Of a stretch of 64,000 nt of DNA, positions 24,315 through 34,674 are shown piece by piece. This DNA is from Cyanophora paradoxa CCMP329 (Eukaryota; Plantae; Glaucophyta). The notes below the pieces were generated by a model. The model searched no databases and was not told the origin of the DNA. It worked only from the letters and a program-made list of their open reading frames with translations. A program made the translations under genes and the position numbers. Within the stretch, counting starts at the first letter, position 1. Each line of letters begins with the position of its first letter. Location: NCBI GenBank assembly GCA_004431415.1, contig QPMI01000429.1:138054-202053 (forward strand). Reading direction: 5' to 3'.

Positions 24315-24629
24315 TTAATGTTCCTTGATCGGAAACTTGCCCATTAGCGGGTGATCGAGACCCATGACATACCAGCATCGCATGACGGGATCCCAGCGGG
24401 CTCTCTCAGCCTTCGCTTGATCCTTAAATTCATAAGGAATATCGAGGTAAACCTTCACGTTTCTTTGATACACTTGCTCATAGCTTAGAGTTTTGAACTG
24501 AGAGCATAGGGGGTGATCTTTCTTCGTGACATACCAGCATGAATTCTCACGATCCCACTTTCCACCGAGGGATTTCGCAACGTCTTTTTTATCATACGGA
24601 ATGTCAACGAAATGCTTTTCACCCTCCAT
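24315..24629 (-). CDS. Tandem DUF5710-like domain protein
   Basis: Two copies of (F/Y)xDIPY-x2-KD-x-AK-x3-(G/A)(K/R)WD-x4-CWYV. Confidence 0.75.
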   Translation of the reverse strand: MEGEKHFVDIPYDKKDVAKSLGGKWDRENSCWYVTKKDHPLCSQFKTLSYEQVYQRNVKVYLDIPYEFKDQAKAERARWDPVMRCWYVMGLDHPLMGKFPIKEH

Positions 24630-24642
24630 CGCTTTTATATTT

Positions 24643-24662
24643 ACCGGAGAAAATAATTTCGG
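24643..24662 (-). promoter_or_regulatory. Conserved PLV upstream motif (minus strand CCGAAATTATTTTCTCCGGT), copy 1
   Basis: An identical 20-mer lies at 30400-30419, with partial copies at 30969-30981 and 31529-31540, each 8-30 bp upstream of a minus-strand ATG. Confidence 0.7.
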
Positions 24663-24669
24663 GGTTTGT

Positions 24670-26048
24670 TATGAACGAGATGACCGAAGAATGCGCGTAG
24701 TAGGGGCTGTGTAGCTTGCGCTCTGATTCTTGAATGATTTATACCACCTCTGACTGTTTACCTCTGAGAGCTTCTCAGTTCCTGCAATCGTTAATTTAGC
24801 GAGCTCCCTCAGCGCCCTCTTTGTCTTTTCTGCGCGATCTTCCAATAAAGCCCCTTTCGGAACACTTGCGGCGACATCTATGCCTTCTTTTGAACCTGCC
24901 GGATCGAAGCTGCCTCTACATCAGCCGCTAAAATAGCGTTGCCTGATGGTTCCACCACAGCCTCGACCTCTGTAATGATCTGCAATTCGTGCGGCTTAAA
25001 AAGCTTCGGCATTACGTTCCCGGCTGCATCTTGCACCTCTATCGCGTTTCCTCTCCTTCCCGCAATTTTGTAGACCTCTCGGCTATACCTTTGTGTTGCT
25101 CCTTTATCAAACTTTGATCTCGGCAATAATACACGGACGTGGAGCCCAGGTTTAAAGTCGCTGAATATATCCTTGACGATTGTGTTCTTTTTCGAAATAA
25201 TAGCCGCTCGGATCCGCTCCATATCTGAGAGCTTAACATCTGCGGGCTTCATTCCTATGGTTCTGTGAATGGTGTTATTGTAATTGAAAACGAAGTCGTC
25301 CAGCTTGTCCATAAATCGCACAGTGTTATAAGCGACACAGTAGTTGTTTATCATCGTTTTTAGGGTCAAATGAAAGCGATTCATAATTCCCAGCGAAGTG
25401 TGATCTCCGACCTGTTTAAAGCGGTGCTCTATTCCATTATTTTTTACGACCTCCTGAAACTCCTTCGCGATGAATTCCGAGCCGTTATCTGTCTCCAATC
25501 GAATCATCGGAGCCGGGAGCTCTGTGAGCATCTCCGCAAAAGCGGCGGCAACACTTGCGCCCTCCTTATTCTTTAACTTCTTGGCATATGCTTTTCGGCT
25601 CGTCATCTCGATGAGAGTAAGGACTGCAATGTAGCCGGAATTATAATTGCCATATGAGAGATAAAAGATGAGATCCGCTTGATAGCACCACGGCGGGGCT
25701 GTGATGGGAATAAAAGCTGTTTGGGTCGGTGCTGGGGCTTCTTGTTGATCTGCATAAATTCTTGTTTCGCTGCGACATCTTGCACTTCTTTCAATGTGAG
25801 GCTCTTGTCCTCTTTTCTCAGCTCTTCGTACAATGCCGATGGGTTCTTAAAACCTGTCTTTGGGTCATACATGCGGCGCACGATCTTAGAGGACGGGTTA
25901 GCAATGCTAAAAGGAACATCTCCTAATAAATTTGATTTTGCTTGGCGTTTTGTGATTTTTTGGGGACTTGCTCAGTTTCAGGAACCGCGATAGGTAGTAT
26001 GGTGGTCTCTGTCTCCTCGCCCGCTACCCTTCTAACGATCCGTGACAT
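24670..26048 (-). CDS. Retroviral-type (rve) integrase of Polinton/PLV type, with 2-3 apparent frameshifts
   Basis: YDPKTGF..LY N-terminal motif, YQADL (first Asp, in a shifted frame), TSRKAY, LETDNGSEF (second Asp), LGIMNRF..TLK, YNNTIHRTIGMKPADV, F.PG..VRV and KFDKG...YS.EVYKI. Probable ATG at 26048; the 3' end near 24670 assumes another frameshift. Confidence 0.9.
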
Positions 26049-26066
26049 TCTTCTAATTAAACCTGT

Positions 26067-29000
26067 TTATTTTTTGCTGCAATTGCACCCGTGATGCACG
26101 AGCTGGCAATTGTCTTTAAGATGTGGGCGCCTGTTGTTTATGCGATCCACGACGAGCTTGTAATTCGGATCTTGTGGCTCAGTCGGAATAGGAAGGGAAC
26201 AGAGCGCACAGGCGCCCTTCTGTTGCTTCTTGCGCTCTAATATCCACTCCGGCGTAATATAATCCGCCTCATCGAAATCGCGCCCGGCACGCTGATCCTG
26301 GCATTTGTAACCGCGGATCTTCCCTTTCAGATACTCGATGTAGTCACTCTTTCCTTGGAACTTGTGAATCGGTGTATAAATCAGCACAGTAGACAGATCG
26401 CGGTTACGAGTGAGCGCGGTATAGAACCATTCGCGAGTGGTATAGCGGAACGTAGCCTCACAAATGACAATGCCCGAATCAAGTGTGAGACCTTGCGTTG
26501 AATGACCTGTTCCTGCATAAGGGAGAGAAAAATGTTCTAACATCGCGCACGGAACCTCAAACGTGACACCATCGAAAACGTCCGTTAATGTGACCATTTG
26601 CTTTGTGATTTTGGTGATTCGATAGGTGTAATTCGTGTATGCGTTTATAGACTCGCCCTCAGACCGCGAAATGCGTAGATACTTGCGGCAAACGACTTCC
26701 AAACCCTTGTAGAATTTGATGCCATTGACCTCTACGGTTGGGATATTTACTTTGCGTCTATCGTGCATCAGTTTGTTGTAGGCTAAGGTCATTTCGTTTC
26801 TGTAAGCGATGCCAAAGTAGCCGTCGGGAATAGCGCTTAGATCATTAATTGTCGGCAACCCGTATTTCGAGATAATCTGTGCGGCTTCCAGTCCGTTCTC
26901 GAAGAGATCCTCTTTAATCGCCCGAATTAATTCACGGTCTGTCTCCTTCTTGTGCCGCTTGTTATTGCGTAGACTCAGAACGTTAGGGAACATACTCTGC
27001 ACCGCGCGCTTATAGTAGCCCTTGCGATCAGAAACCGAGAGCTCGTCATTAATTGGTTCATTTTGATAGGTGTCGCCATTAGCCAAATATTTGATATCCG
27101 GATAGCGATCGATAAACGACTTGATCTTAGCGAGATCTTTTACGGAATACGCGAATATCTCGTCGAACATAATGTGACTGAACTCGGAGACGAACGCCCT
27201 CTGGTCTTTTTCGCTCATAGCCTCTTCGTAGGTCTGATCATTTGAGACACGGATCCCGAGAACATTATATAAAGTACGAACGGTAATATTCTCGATTCCG
27301 CGGACTTTGAGAGAGTCCCTCAGCTCCGCGCACTGTTTGTTATAGGGGCAAATAACTAAGCAATTCGACTTTTGAGATGCGAAACAGTTAATACCGAGTG
27401 TCGACTTTCCACTTCCGGGCATGTCAGCAAGGACAAGCATACGATTATGGAGCTTCGCAACCCAATTAAAGCACTCCGGATTAAATTCGTCCCTCAGCGA
27501 GAACCGGTTAATGAGTGTCTCGGGATCCTGAAATTCGAGAGTTACACCCCGCGGTGGGCGGAGTGCATTCTCAGGGCATCTTTTCCCGGGAATATAGCTG
27601 AATTTGCCCATGTTCTCAAACGCATTTCGGTCGAACTCTTTCTTACTTGTCCATGAACCTTCGATATATAGGCAATCCGTTCTGATCCCGGCAACCTTGT
27701 GCCCGCGCGCTGTCAGGCGCTTGTATTGCGCAAACATATTAGCACGGTTACGATCGTAAATATGAAAGTGGATAGGAAGGAATCCGTTAACGAGCTCGCG
27801 GTGAGAGCTGATCTTAACGAAATAGATGTGACCTTCGAATTCGCTAAGAGCTTTGACACGTTTCGAATTCTTAGGATTGAAAGTAAACACCTCTACTGTT
27901 CCTCCGCATTCTTGGGCGAACCTCTCAGCCTCGGCACGGTTGTAGAACATTTTCGTGGATGTTTGCGAGTCTTGGAATTTGCCGAGCATTCCGATCTCTT
28001 TCACTAAAATGTGCTTCTTATCTGTGGTTTGAATGTCACTTGAAAGTACTTTCTTCATCTCCGAGATCGACGTATTGGGCACCAAATGCGAAGGCTCCGC
28101 GACCGCGATAATCTCTATCTTGTCCTTTACGTCCGCCCAGTGCATGGAGAGAGTGTAGCCTGTCATGAAATTATAACAGCGACCACTCACGGAAAATGCG
28201 CGATCCAGAATAATTTCGATTCCGTCAATCTTGCGAGACATGGCGGCATCATAATCAATGTCCTCGTCGTCGGCGAAAGTCGTTTGCTCTCTCTCAAACG
28301 CAACCACACGCACGTAGTAGATTGCGTATTCGAGAATATCGCTTCCCGCTTTAAAGGGAACGAAGTCATCGAATACATTGTATTTCGGAAGATATTGCAT
28401 ACCTTTCAGTATCGAAGGGTAGCACTTCGCCATATCGACAGCTGTGTAGGTGGCTTTCGGGTTCGGCTTATAGAAATAGCCGCTTAGTGCGGATCGCTTG
28501 TAGTGCGTGAGAATTTCGCGCATGTTCGGGCTGTAATGTGAGATATTCGTCGCATTTAGTAGCGACTCGCGGAACCCCTTACCGATTTCACAGACCTTAT
28601 TATAATACTCCTCTGTTTCGAAATCTTGCTCAATAAAGTGGTCTGTTGTGCGTGGATCTTTGATAGAGAACATCGAGCCATTGGCTTTGAATGTGATGCT
28701 GTCGATCTGTTTCGATGGTGTTAGCTTCACAGCGGGCTCATATCGCATTTTCAGGAACGTAAATAGAAGACCTTCCAGACCTTCGCGCCCAGTATACAGA
28801 ATGCGAATGAAACTGCGCTCGTCAGGCGATAGTTTTAATTGCGTGATCTTTAACAGATCCTTGGATGTGTGCGCGAAGATATCGTGAGTAAGACACGTCG
28901 GAATTTTATAGAGTGCTAACGAAGAGGTCGACTTAGGAACATGATTATCGAGCTCTTCGACCTCCATCTTTGCCATGCGCATTTCGAGCGACTTGATGTT

Positions 29001-30377
29001 ATCGTTGAATATATAGATGTGCTTGTTGTGAATCATGAAGTGAATATTGCGGGGATTGATATTTTTGTTAATTGATTCCGCCGCGAATTTGTATATTAAC
29101 TTTCCGTCGACATCAAAGACGCGGAAGCCTGTCTGGATCCTCTTACAGAATTTCTCGATATGGCGGAGCGTGAGAGCCAGAGAGTCGCCAGGTGTGCGTT
29201 CACGACCGTGAAAGAATTTATAGAGACCGTCGTAGGACATAGTTAAGTCAGTATATCGCGGTTTTGGCGCCTCCTGACACTTCTTAATGGACGCTCCCCA
29301 TGTGGAGATGATCATATCATAGCCGCAAGCGTTAGATGTCGATGACTTGGGAAGCTCAATAACATCTTCGAACTCAGACGCGTTTGGATTTAATGTGTAG
29401 TCTGTGAATTTGCTCATAATCGCGGTGCATCGCATGCTGTCCATTAGCTCCTCATCCAGAAACTCATAGCGATTGCCAGGGATAGCACCGGCTCCGTCAT
29501 CTTCGACACCTTCGTCCCCATAGATCACGACCTCATGAACAGTTATAAAGGCATCATCGACACTGCCGCCAAAATCATCGAAACCTTTGCGTAGTTTTTT
29601 CTGTTCCTCGGTTGGTGGTGTCTTAAAGAAGAACATCTCGTATGCTTGTCCGAAAGTTCCCAGACGAATCTTCAATTCATCGTAGTTTTCGAGTAAATCG
29701 AAGATTGAATCTCTCTCTTCCGAATAATAACGATTTTGAGCGGTGAGAATTCCATACACTCTATCGATTTTTGCCAGAGCAAAGTTTCTCAACACCCTCA
29801 CCGAAACTGTCTCTCTTATATTGCGGTAGGTGACAAAGGTTCTGTCTGGTATATTTAATTCGGGAATTCCGGGAATAACAATTACCTCCGTCGACCGAGC
29901 ACCGGATCCAGGTCCCCATAGCTTGAACGTAATTGTTGCGAGAGTTTCCGGATCGTATGCGGCGATTGGGTCGAGAATAGTGCGTTTAATCGCATCCTCT
30001 ACCGCTTTTAGTTTACCTCTCTGCTGCTTTGCTTCGAGCTTCGCTTCTTTCGCTCGTTTCTGTTCTTGCTTGCGATCGAAGCGCTGTAAACGCTTAGCCT
30101 CTTGTTCTTTTTGCTTCTGCTTTTCTATATTAACTTGGGTGCGAGCGGCACGCTTTTCTTTCCGCTCTGCCCTGCGGAAAACGCGGGGATTAATGATTCC
30201 ATTCAGAGTATCCCGAATGTCGATCAGCGTTTGGAGCTTGGGCTTCCGATTCATTGTGTTGTGCATCGCCCAATGCGCCTGTTCTTCGGTTAGCAAATCC
30301 TGACTCAATCCCTGCATAATGTATCCGATAATCTCCTCCCGAACATTGTTAGCGATTCTGTTGGCTGCGCGCGGCAT
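26067..30377 (-). CDS. 1436-aa replication protein: PolB-like palm + superfamily-1 helicase + C-terminal Cys/HNH-like domain
   Basis: PolB-like motifs A (AVDMAKCYPSIL), B (K..LVKEIGMLGK) and C (IRTDCLY). SF1 motifs ADMPGSGKS, IMFDEIF, GDTYQNEPI, YAGTGHSTQGLT and WFYTALTR. C-terminal CALC..VDRINNRRPHLKDNCQLVHHGCN. Confidence 0.8.
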   Translation of the reverse strand: MPRAANRIANNVREEIIGYIMQGLSQDLLTEEQAHWAMHNTMNRKPKLQTLIDIRDTLNGIINPRVFRRAERKEKRAARTQVNIEKQKQKEQEAKRLQRFDRKQEQKRAKEAKLEAKQQRGKLKAVEDAIKRTILDPIAAYDPETLATITFKLWGPGSGARSTEVIVIPGIPELNIPDRTFVTYRNIRETVSVRVLRNFALAKIDRVYGILTAQNRYYSEERDSIFDLLENYDELKIRLGTFGQAYEMFFFKTPPTEEQKKLRKGFDDFGGSVDDAFITVHEVVIYGDEGVEDDGAGAIPGNRYEFLDEELMDSMRCTAIMSKFTDYTLNPNASEFEDVIELPKSSTSNACGYDMIISTWGASIKKCQEAPKPRYTDLTMSYDGLYKFFHGRERTPGDSLALTLRHIEKFCKRIQTGFRVFDVDGKLIYKFAAESINKNINPRNIHFMIHNKHIYIFNDNIKSLEMRMAKMEVEELDNHVPKSTSSLALYKIPTCLTHDIFAHTSKDLLKITQLKLSPDERSFIRILYTGREGLEGLLFTFLKMRYEPAVKLTPSKQIDSITFKANGSMFSIKDPRTTDHFIEQDFETEEYYNKVCEIGKGFRESLLNATNISHYSPNMREILTHYKRSALSGYFYKPNPKATYTAVDMAKCYPSILKGMQYLPKYNVFDDFVPFKAGSDILEYAIYYVRVVAFEREQTTFADDEDIDYDAAMSRKIDGIEIILDRAFSVSGRCYNFMTGYTLSMHWADVKDKIEIIAVAEPSHLVPNTSISEMKKVLSSDIQTTDKKHILVKEIGMLGKFQDSQTSTKMFYNRAEAERFAQECGGTVEVFTFNPKNSKRVKALSEFEGHIYFVKISSHRELVNGFLPIHFHIYDRNRANMFAQYKRLTARGHKVAGIRTDCLYIEGSWTSKKEFDRNAFENMGKFSYIPGKRCPENALRPPRGVTLEFQDPETLINRFSLRDEFNPECFNWVAKLHNRMLVLADMPGSGKSTLGINCFASQKSNCLVICPYNKQCAELRDSLKVRGIENITVRTLYNVLGIRVSNDQTYEEAMSEKDQRAFVSEFSHIMFDEIFAYSVKDLAKIKSFIDRYPDIKYLANGDTYQNEPINDELSVSDRKGYYKRAVQSMFPNVLSLRNNKRHKKETDRELIRAIKEDLFENGLEAAQIISKYGLPTINDLSAIPDGYFGIAYRNEMTLAYNKLMHDRRKVNIPTVEVNGIKFYKGLEVVCRKYLRISRSEGESINAYTNYTYRITKITKQMVTLTDVFDGVTFEVPCAMLEHFSLPYAGTGHSTQGLTLDSGIVICEATFRYTTREWFYTALTRNRDLSTVLIYTPIHKFQGKSDYIEYLKGKIRGYKCQDQRAGRDFDEADYITPEWILERKKQQKGACALCSLPIPTEPQDPNYKLVVDRINNRRPHLKDNCQLVHHGCNCSKK

Positions 30378-30399
30378 CTCTATTAGTTCTTTTAAAATA

Positions 30400-30419
30400 A
30401 CCGGAGAAAATAATTTCGG
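30400..30419 (-). promoter_or_regulatory. Conserved PLV upstream motif, copy 2 (before the polymerase-helicase gene)
   Basis: accggagaaaataatttcgg, identical to 24643-24662. Confidence 0.7.
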
Positions 30420-30546
30420 CGCAATCTACCAAATCCTCCTTTTCATACCCTTGTTGTTAATTCCTTAAATGCTTTTTCGACGGATACGGGGAATAAAAAG
30501 GGAGGTAAAAAATTAATCATTTTTTGCGTCGTACGGATACTTTCCG

Positions 30547-30960
30547 CTACGAATTTTTCGCGTTCTCGACGACATGCTTTCGGGGTCTCCCAGCGGGCTT
30601 TTGCGGCTGGGGCTTCACCGGCGGATTCAGCTTTCGTTCCGCTCTTTTTCTGCGTTGGTATTCCCGTGCCTTTTCCCTGATTTTCTCCCGATACTCTTCA
30701 TCGTCTTGGTATCGCTGCTGTTTACGAATTGCGATCTTTTGTAGCTGCTCCGGGGTAAATACGGTCGCTTCCCCTGCGGCTAATCGCTCTTGCTTTTGTC
30801 TCTGATGCTTGTTTCGCTGCCGCTCTGCATCTTTCTCGCGTTTTAGTCTTAATCTCTCCGCTTTCTCCTCTTCTGTGATCACCTTCTTCGGTCGCCCTGG
30901 TCTGCGCTTTTCTTGCTGTGCCGCCATTGCCTCTTGGTTTGAAATCTTGGGTTTCGCCAT
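30547..30960 (-). CDS. Basic coiled-coil protein with two AT-hooks
   Basis: RRPGRPKK and AGRPRK flank a K/R/E-rich helix; the conserved upstream motif lies 8 bp before the ATG. Confidence 0.75.
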   Translation of the reverse strand: MAKPKISNQEAMAAQQEKRRPGRPKKVITEEEKAERLRLKREKDAERQRNKHQRQKQERLAAGEATVFTPEQLQKIAIRKQQRYQDDEEYREKIREKAREYQRRKRAERKLNPPVKPQPQKPAGRPRKHVVENAKNS

Positions 30961-31084
30961 TTACTATAACCGGAGAAAATAGTTTTTTGTCACTCTGTAT
31001 TATTTCCCTTGCCCTTATATACCTTTTACCGAAACCTTCAATTTTTGCCCTCGGATCGATAGGAGCACCACCGAAATTCACCGC

Positions 31085-31498
31085 TCAATAACCGTTCCAG
31101 ACGGTTCTTTCTTGTTGCTGAGGATATACATAAGGGTTTGTTAAGCTGTCATCGTCGCCTAATGCCATTTGATCCAATCTATACATCGGATAAGGTGAAT
31201 CAGCGCGCAAATGCCCTTCCACAAATTCGGGACATGATCGCCTTCTAATATGCTCTACATGCACATCCTCTATCTGAGAGGTCTCGATATTGGAACTCAT
31301 AGCCGCGGGCACAGGCGAGGGCGATCGAGATCTTGGGTGGTTGTGATTGTCGCTGTGGTTAGAATATACAGAAAGGCGCCTACCTCCATTCTCGTCGTCA
31401 GAAATATTAACCTCTACGGTTGTGTCGCAACATCCGGATTTACAGTGAGAGATAAAGTGCAGATGAAACATCTCAATGCATTGTGTGATGAAATTCAT
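31085..31498 (-). CDS. Hypothetical PLV protein (likely start MNFITQ)
   Basis: Open ORF co-oriented with its neighbours; a motif copy at 31529-31540 suggests a start at 31498. Contains an RSRSPSP low-complexity patch. Confidence 0.5.
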   Translation of the reverse strand: MNFITQCIEMFHLHFISHCKSGCCDTTVEVNISDDENGGRRLSVYSNHSDNHNHPRSRSPSPVPAAMSSNIETSQIEDVHVEHIRRRSCPEFVEGHLRADSPYPMYRLDQMALGDDDSLTNPYVYPQQQERTVWNGY

Positions 31499-31702
31499 CG
31501 ACCCTACAATTGGGCAACGTATTAAATATCGGAGAAAATAAAAGGGAATGAGGGCTTTACTTGCTCGTGTGTTCCCATACGAGTTGGTCGACCTTATAAT
31601 GCTGTTTATGGAGCCGACATGCCCGTTTTGCAATGGCATTCATATTAAGACACGCTCTAAATACGGGCGGGTTCAGCTTTGCCTTGCGGATATTCACAGC
31701 CA

Positions 31703-32386
31703 TTAGCGGATATGGCGTTTACCACCAAGCATTGCGGCATAATTTACGGGTGCAGTCGGCACTATGTGCGCATATTGCGGGGCGACCGATTGCTGACGAG
31801 TTACGGCTTGCGCATCTGTCTTTTCCTCCTTTTTTATTTCGTCTACGTCGACTTTTTGCTTTAATCCGAGTTTGGAGATCTCTTTCTTTACAAGCCCCTT
31901 TAATTTCTTGCGTTCGTTATAATCTTGCATCCATTTCTCGTAGTTAGAGACTTTCGTTTCAAGGTCTCGCACTTTCTCTTCGAAGCTCATGACAACGTCG
32001 ACAGGAACCGTGTGTTTTTGATAGGATCCGCGCTTTTTAAGCTCGGTTTCGGCGGCTTTCGGGACGTCTTGCGTTTTGTGTTGGCTTGCAACAACTTGCG
32101 CTTTTAGTACTTTGTCGGTTGCTTCATCGATGGAGCCGCCTCCAATCTGTGGTTTTACAGTAGCTAAATCCTCCATTTGGCGTTTACCGCTATCTTGGTT
32201 GCCCTTGTCCGCGGTGGCACTCGCAATAATTGCCTCTTGCTTGGCAACCTCCTCTGGCGAAGTGTCTACAAGATATTCGGGCATTTCGAGACCGCCACCC
32301 GACGTTAATCCAGACTCTTCAAGTCCGCGATTTGGATTACCAGAAGCGACCGTTTGAATGGTTTGAGGCTTCTTTCGGTAGACCAT
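31703..32386 (-). CDS. Hypothetical PLV protein with coiled coil
   Basis: 227-aa ORF starting 2 bp after the ATPase stop; heptad-like segment FEEKVRDLETKVSNYEKW. Confidence 0.65.
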   Translation of the reverse strand: MVYRKKPQTIQTVASGNPNRGLEESGLTSGGGLEMPEYLVDTSPEEVAKQEAIIASATADKGNQDSGKRQMEDLATVKPQIGGGSIDEATDKVLKAQVVASQHKTQDVPKAAETELKKRGSYQKHTVPVDVVMSFEEKVRDLETKVSNYEKWMQDYNERKKLKGLVKKEISKLGLKQKVDVDEIKKEEKTDAQAVTRQQSVAPQYAHIVPTAPVNYAAMLGGKRHIR

Positions 32387-32388
32387 GA

Positions 32389-33255
32389 TTATCTTCTCTT
32401 ACATTTGATTAACATTTTCTTTTTCTTAGGCGAAATTTGGGAAAGTTTGGGGATACCTTCAAGCTCACGTTCAAATTTCGATAAAGTTTTACAGACAGTT
32501 GTCGAATCTTTGACAGGCGGCGGTTTTGTAGCTTGCTCTTCTTGTTGTTTGCGCTTCTTTTCTTCAAAAGCCGCCCGCTTGTGGAATTTAGTAAACGGGT
32601 GGTCATCGATCATATCGGCTTTTTCGACCCACCATCGCACAGAATACCCGGTATTATCGTGAATGATCGCTTGGTAGCTATGACAGAATTCTTGGAACAT
32701 GCGCTTGAAACTCTCTTTATCCATGTTCCCGAATTCCTCGTGATATGCTTCAAACTCTCGCATGTTTGACCAGCTTAGGAATATGATATACTCCGCATTG
32801 CTGCGAATGATCGTTGACAGCTTTGTTAGTTTCTGCGATATTAAAGCGACGCTACAAAACGTATGACGACCTTGCGCCATCAATTTATTTAGCAAATGAT
32901 CGCGCGAAAGATCGATAGTTCCGGACTCCAAACAATCGTCGAGCACGATAAGAATATTCTTTGGTTTCTTACCCGCAATGATAGCCTTTTTGCGGGCTTC
33001 TATGATCGACTCTACGTATTCCGGTTTCCAGGTATCATGTACTTCGTCTGTTATTTGACCCCAGAAACCGTTAAAACTCGTAGGACAGAAAACCAGAACA
33101 TACGAGATCTGGTCTTCGAGTTCTTTGATCAGCCACTTTAAGAATACCGATTTACCACAATTGGTTTTCGCCAATAGGAGAAATCGTGCGGGAAGTTTCA
33201 CCCTTTGTTTCGGGTTCCATTCTTCGAGATCCATGGGCGTCGTCCCTTTTTGCAT
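32389..33255 (-). CDS. A32/FtsK-HerA family genome-packaging ATPase
   Basis: Walker A LAKTNCGKS, Walker B LIVLDD, GRH arginine motif, ISQ and IRSN. Likely start MQKG at 33255. Confidence 0.92.
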   Translation of the reverse strand: MQKGTTPMDLEEWNPKQRVKLPARFLLLAKTNCGKSVFLKWLIKELEDQISYVLVFCPTSFNGFWGQITDEVHDTWKPEYVESIIEARKKAIIAGKKPKNILIVLDDCLESGTIDLSRDHLLNKLMAQGRHTFCSVALISQKLTKLSTIIRSNAEYIIFLSWSNMREFEAYHEEFGNMDKESFKRMFQEFCHSYQAIIHDNTGYSVRWWVEKADMIDDHPFTKFHKRAAFEEKKRKQQEEQATKPPPVKDSTTVCKTLSKFERELEGIPKLSQISPKKKKMLIKCKRR

Positions 33256-33313
33256 TCTTTCACTATAAAAACAATAGAAAAATAAGACTGAATGTGGTAA
33301 TCTCACGAATTCC

Positions 33314-34627
33314 TTAGCTACTTACTCTGCGAATACCATCAGCTCCGATTATCATGATATTATGAGCGAGGGCAATGCACTGAATTTGCATCTTCTGATA
33401 AGCGGCACCCGCATACCATTCTGATGAACCTTCGGCTGCCGTTGTGACACCGTTGAATTCGAAGACCAGATCGAACGCCGATGTGCCTGTGGCATCGATG
33501 TAGCCCGTGTTCTCTTGGTTGAGAAGCGACGCCTTTCCGTTTCCAGCACCGAAATAAATGCCAGTGAGAGCGGGGTAGCTTGTGCTCTCGGTAAAGATCG
33601 CCGAATTATATTTATCTTGAAGTTCGGTCGCGGCAATCATGAGAGGAAGCGAAGTATTCGAGTAAAGGCGGTTATTGTTGAGTTCCACATAGAAGCTTAC
33701 GGCGTTGGTTCTGAGTGCACGAGGAGCCAGAACCGAGAGAGTTCCGTTGTTAACCTTCGTCTTCGCGTTTTGGCGCACAGAGAATACGAGAGTGTGGATG
33801 AGACCCGCACCTGTGAGTTGCGAGAGATTGACTCGCGAACCGGAGGCGGTCGGCTGGAAATCTGTGTGTAGGAAACCGATTTCGTTGTAGGGGATCGCGA
33901 TGCCAGTCGATTTAACACGGGCAATGGTCTCAGATACAACCGCCTCATCGGCATTTACGACCTTGCAAATAACGCGGGGTTTCAGCACTTGAAGGGAAGC
34001 GCCATTGTTGGTAACCGCAATATTGGCAACATTGTTAGTATCCTCAATGATACCATCACCAATCGCCTTGAATTCGATTTCGACCACGATCTCAGAGTTC
34101 AGAGCGCAAAGTGGGAACATCGCCTTCTCGAAAGGAGAGGGTAAATCGATTTCGTAGGTTCCACCGACAGTGTTACCAGCGGTTCCGACAAGACCACCCA
34201 CATAGCGAAGTTTCTTATCGAGTTCGCCCTGTTCGGTCATCAGTAGAAAATACTGGGTGACGAAATCCTCTGGGACAACGTAGCGGAATGAAGCGTGAGA
34301 GATTTCGATGCGCTTAATTAGCGATCCAATAACGCGAAGGTAGCCAGTAGTTCCAGCGACACCATTCGTGAGATCAGTGAGGGTGATCGGGTTAAGATCG
34401 AGTTGCAGCGCGAGACCATTCAGGAAATGGTAGCGGGGGATTTTGAAGACAACTCGGTTGCCGAGAGCGCTGGGTGGCTCAGTGTCGGGGGCGACCAGAA
34501 CTCGAAGTGGCTTAGTGCCAGAGGACGTTCCAATGACCAGCGACTTGTTTAGGAAATAATCCTTGTAGTCGTCGGTGGTGAGCATAGATTTCAGCGTTGG
34601 GCGCTGGAATTGGCTGTTAGTCTCCAT
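33314..34627 (-). CDS. Major capsid protein (putative double jelly roll)
   Basis: 437 aa, beta-strand rich, with LGNRVVFKIPR..FL..LALQLDL, LIKRIEI and IDLPSPF..AMFPLCAL.SEIVVEIEF, echoing NCLDV/PLV capsid motifs. Lies between the ATPase and the minor capsid genes. Confidence 0.82.
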   Translation of the reverse strand: METNSQFQRPTLKSMLTTDDYKDYFLNKSLVIGTSSGTKPLRVLVAPDTEPPSALGNRVVFKIPRYHFLNGLALQLDLNPITLTDLTNGVAGTTGYLRVIGSLIKRIEISHASFRYVVPEDFVTQYFLLMTEQGELDKKLRYVGGLVGTAGNTVGGTYEIDLPSPFEKAMFPLCALNSEIVVEIEFKAIGDGIIEDTNNVANIAVTNNGASLQVLKPRVICKVVNADEAVVSETIARVKSTGIAIPYNEIGFLHTDFQPTASGSRVNLSQLTGAGLIHTLVFSVRQNAKTKVNNGTLSVLAPRALRTNAVSFYVELNNNRLYSNTSLPLMIAATELQDKYNSAIFTESTSYPALTGIYFGAGNGKASLLNQENTGYIDATGTSAFDLVFEFNGVTTAAEGSSEWYAGAAYQKMQIQCIALAHNIMIIGADGIRRVSS

Positions 34628-34674
34628 GAGCGTTTCTTCTCTTATCTTTGGGTTCAGAAAATAATTTACAGGGC

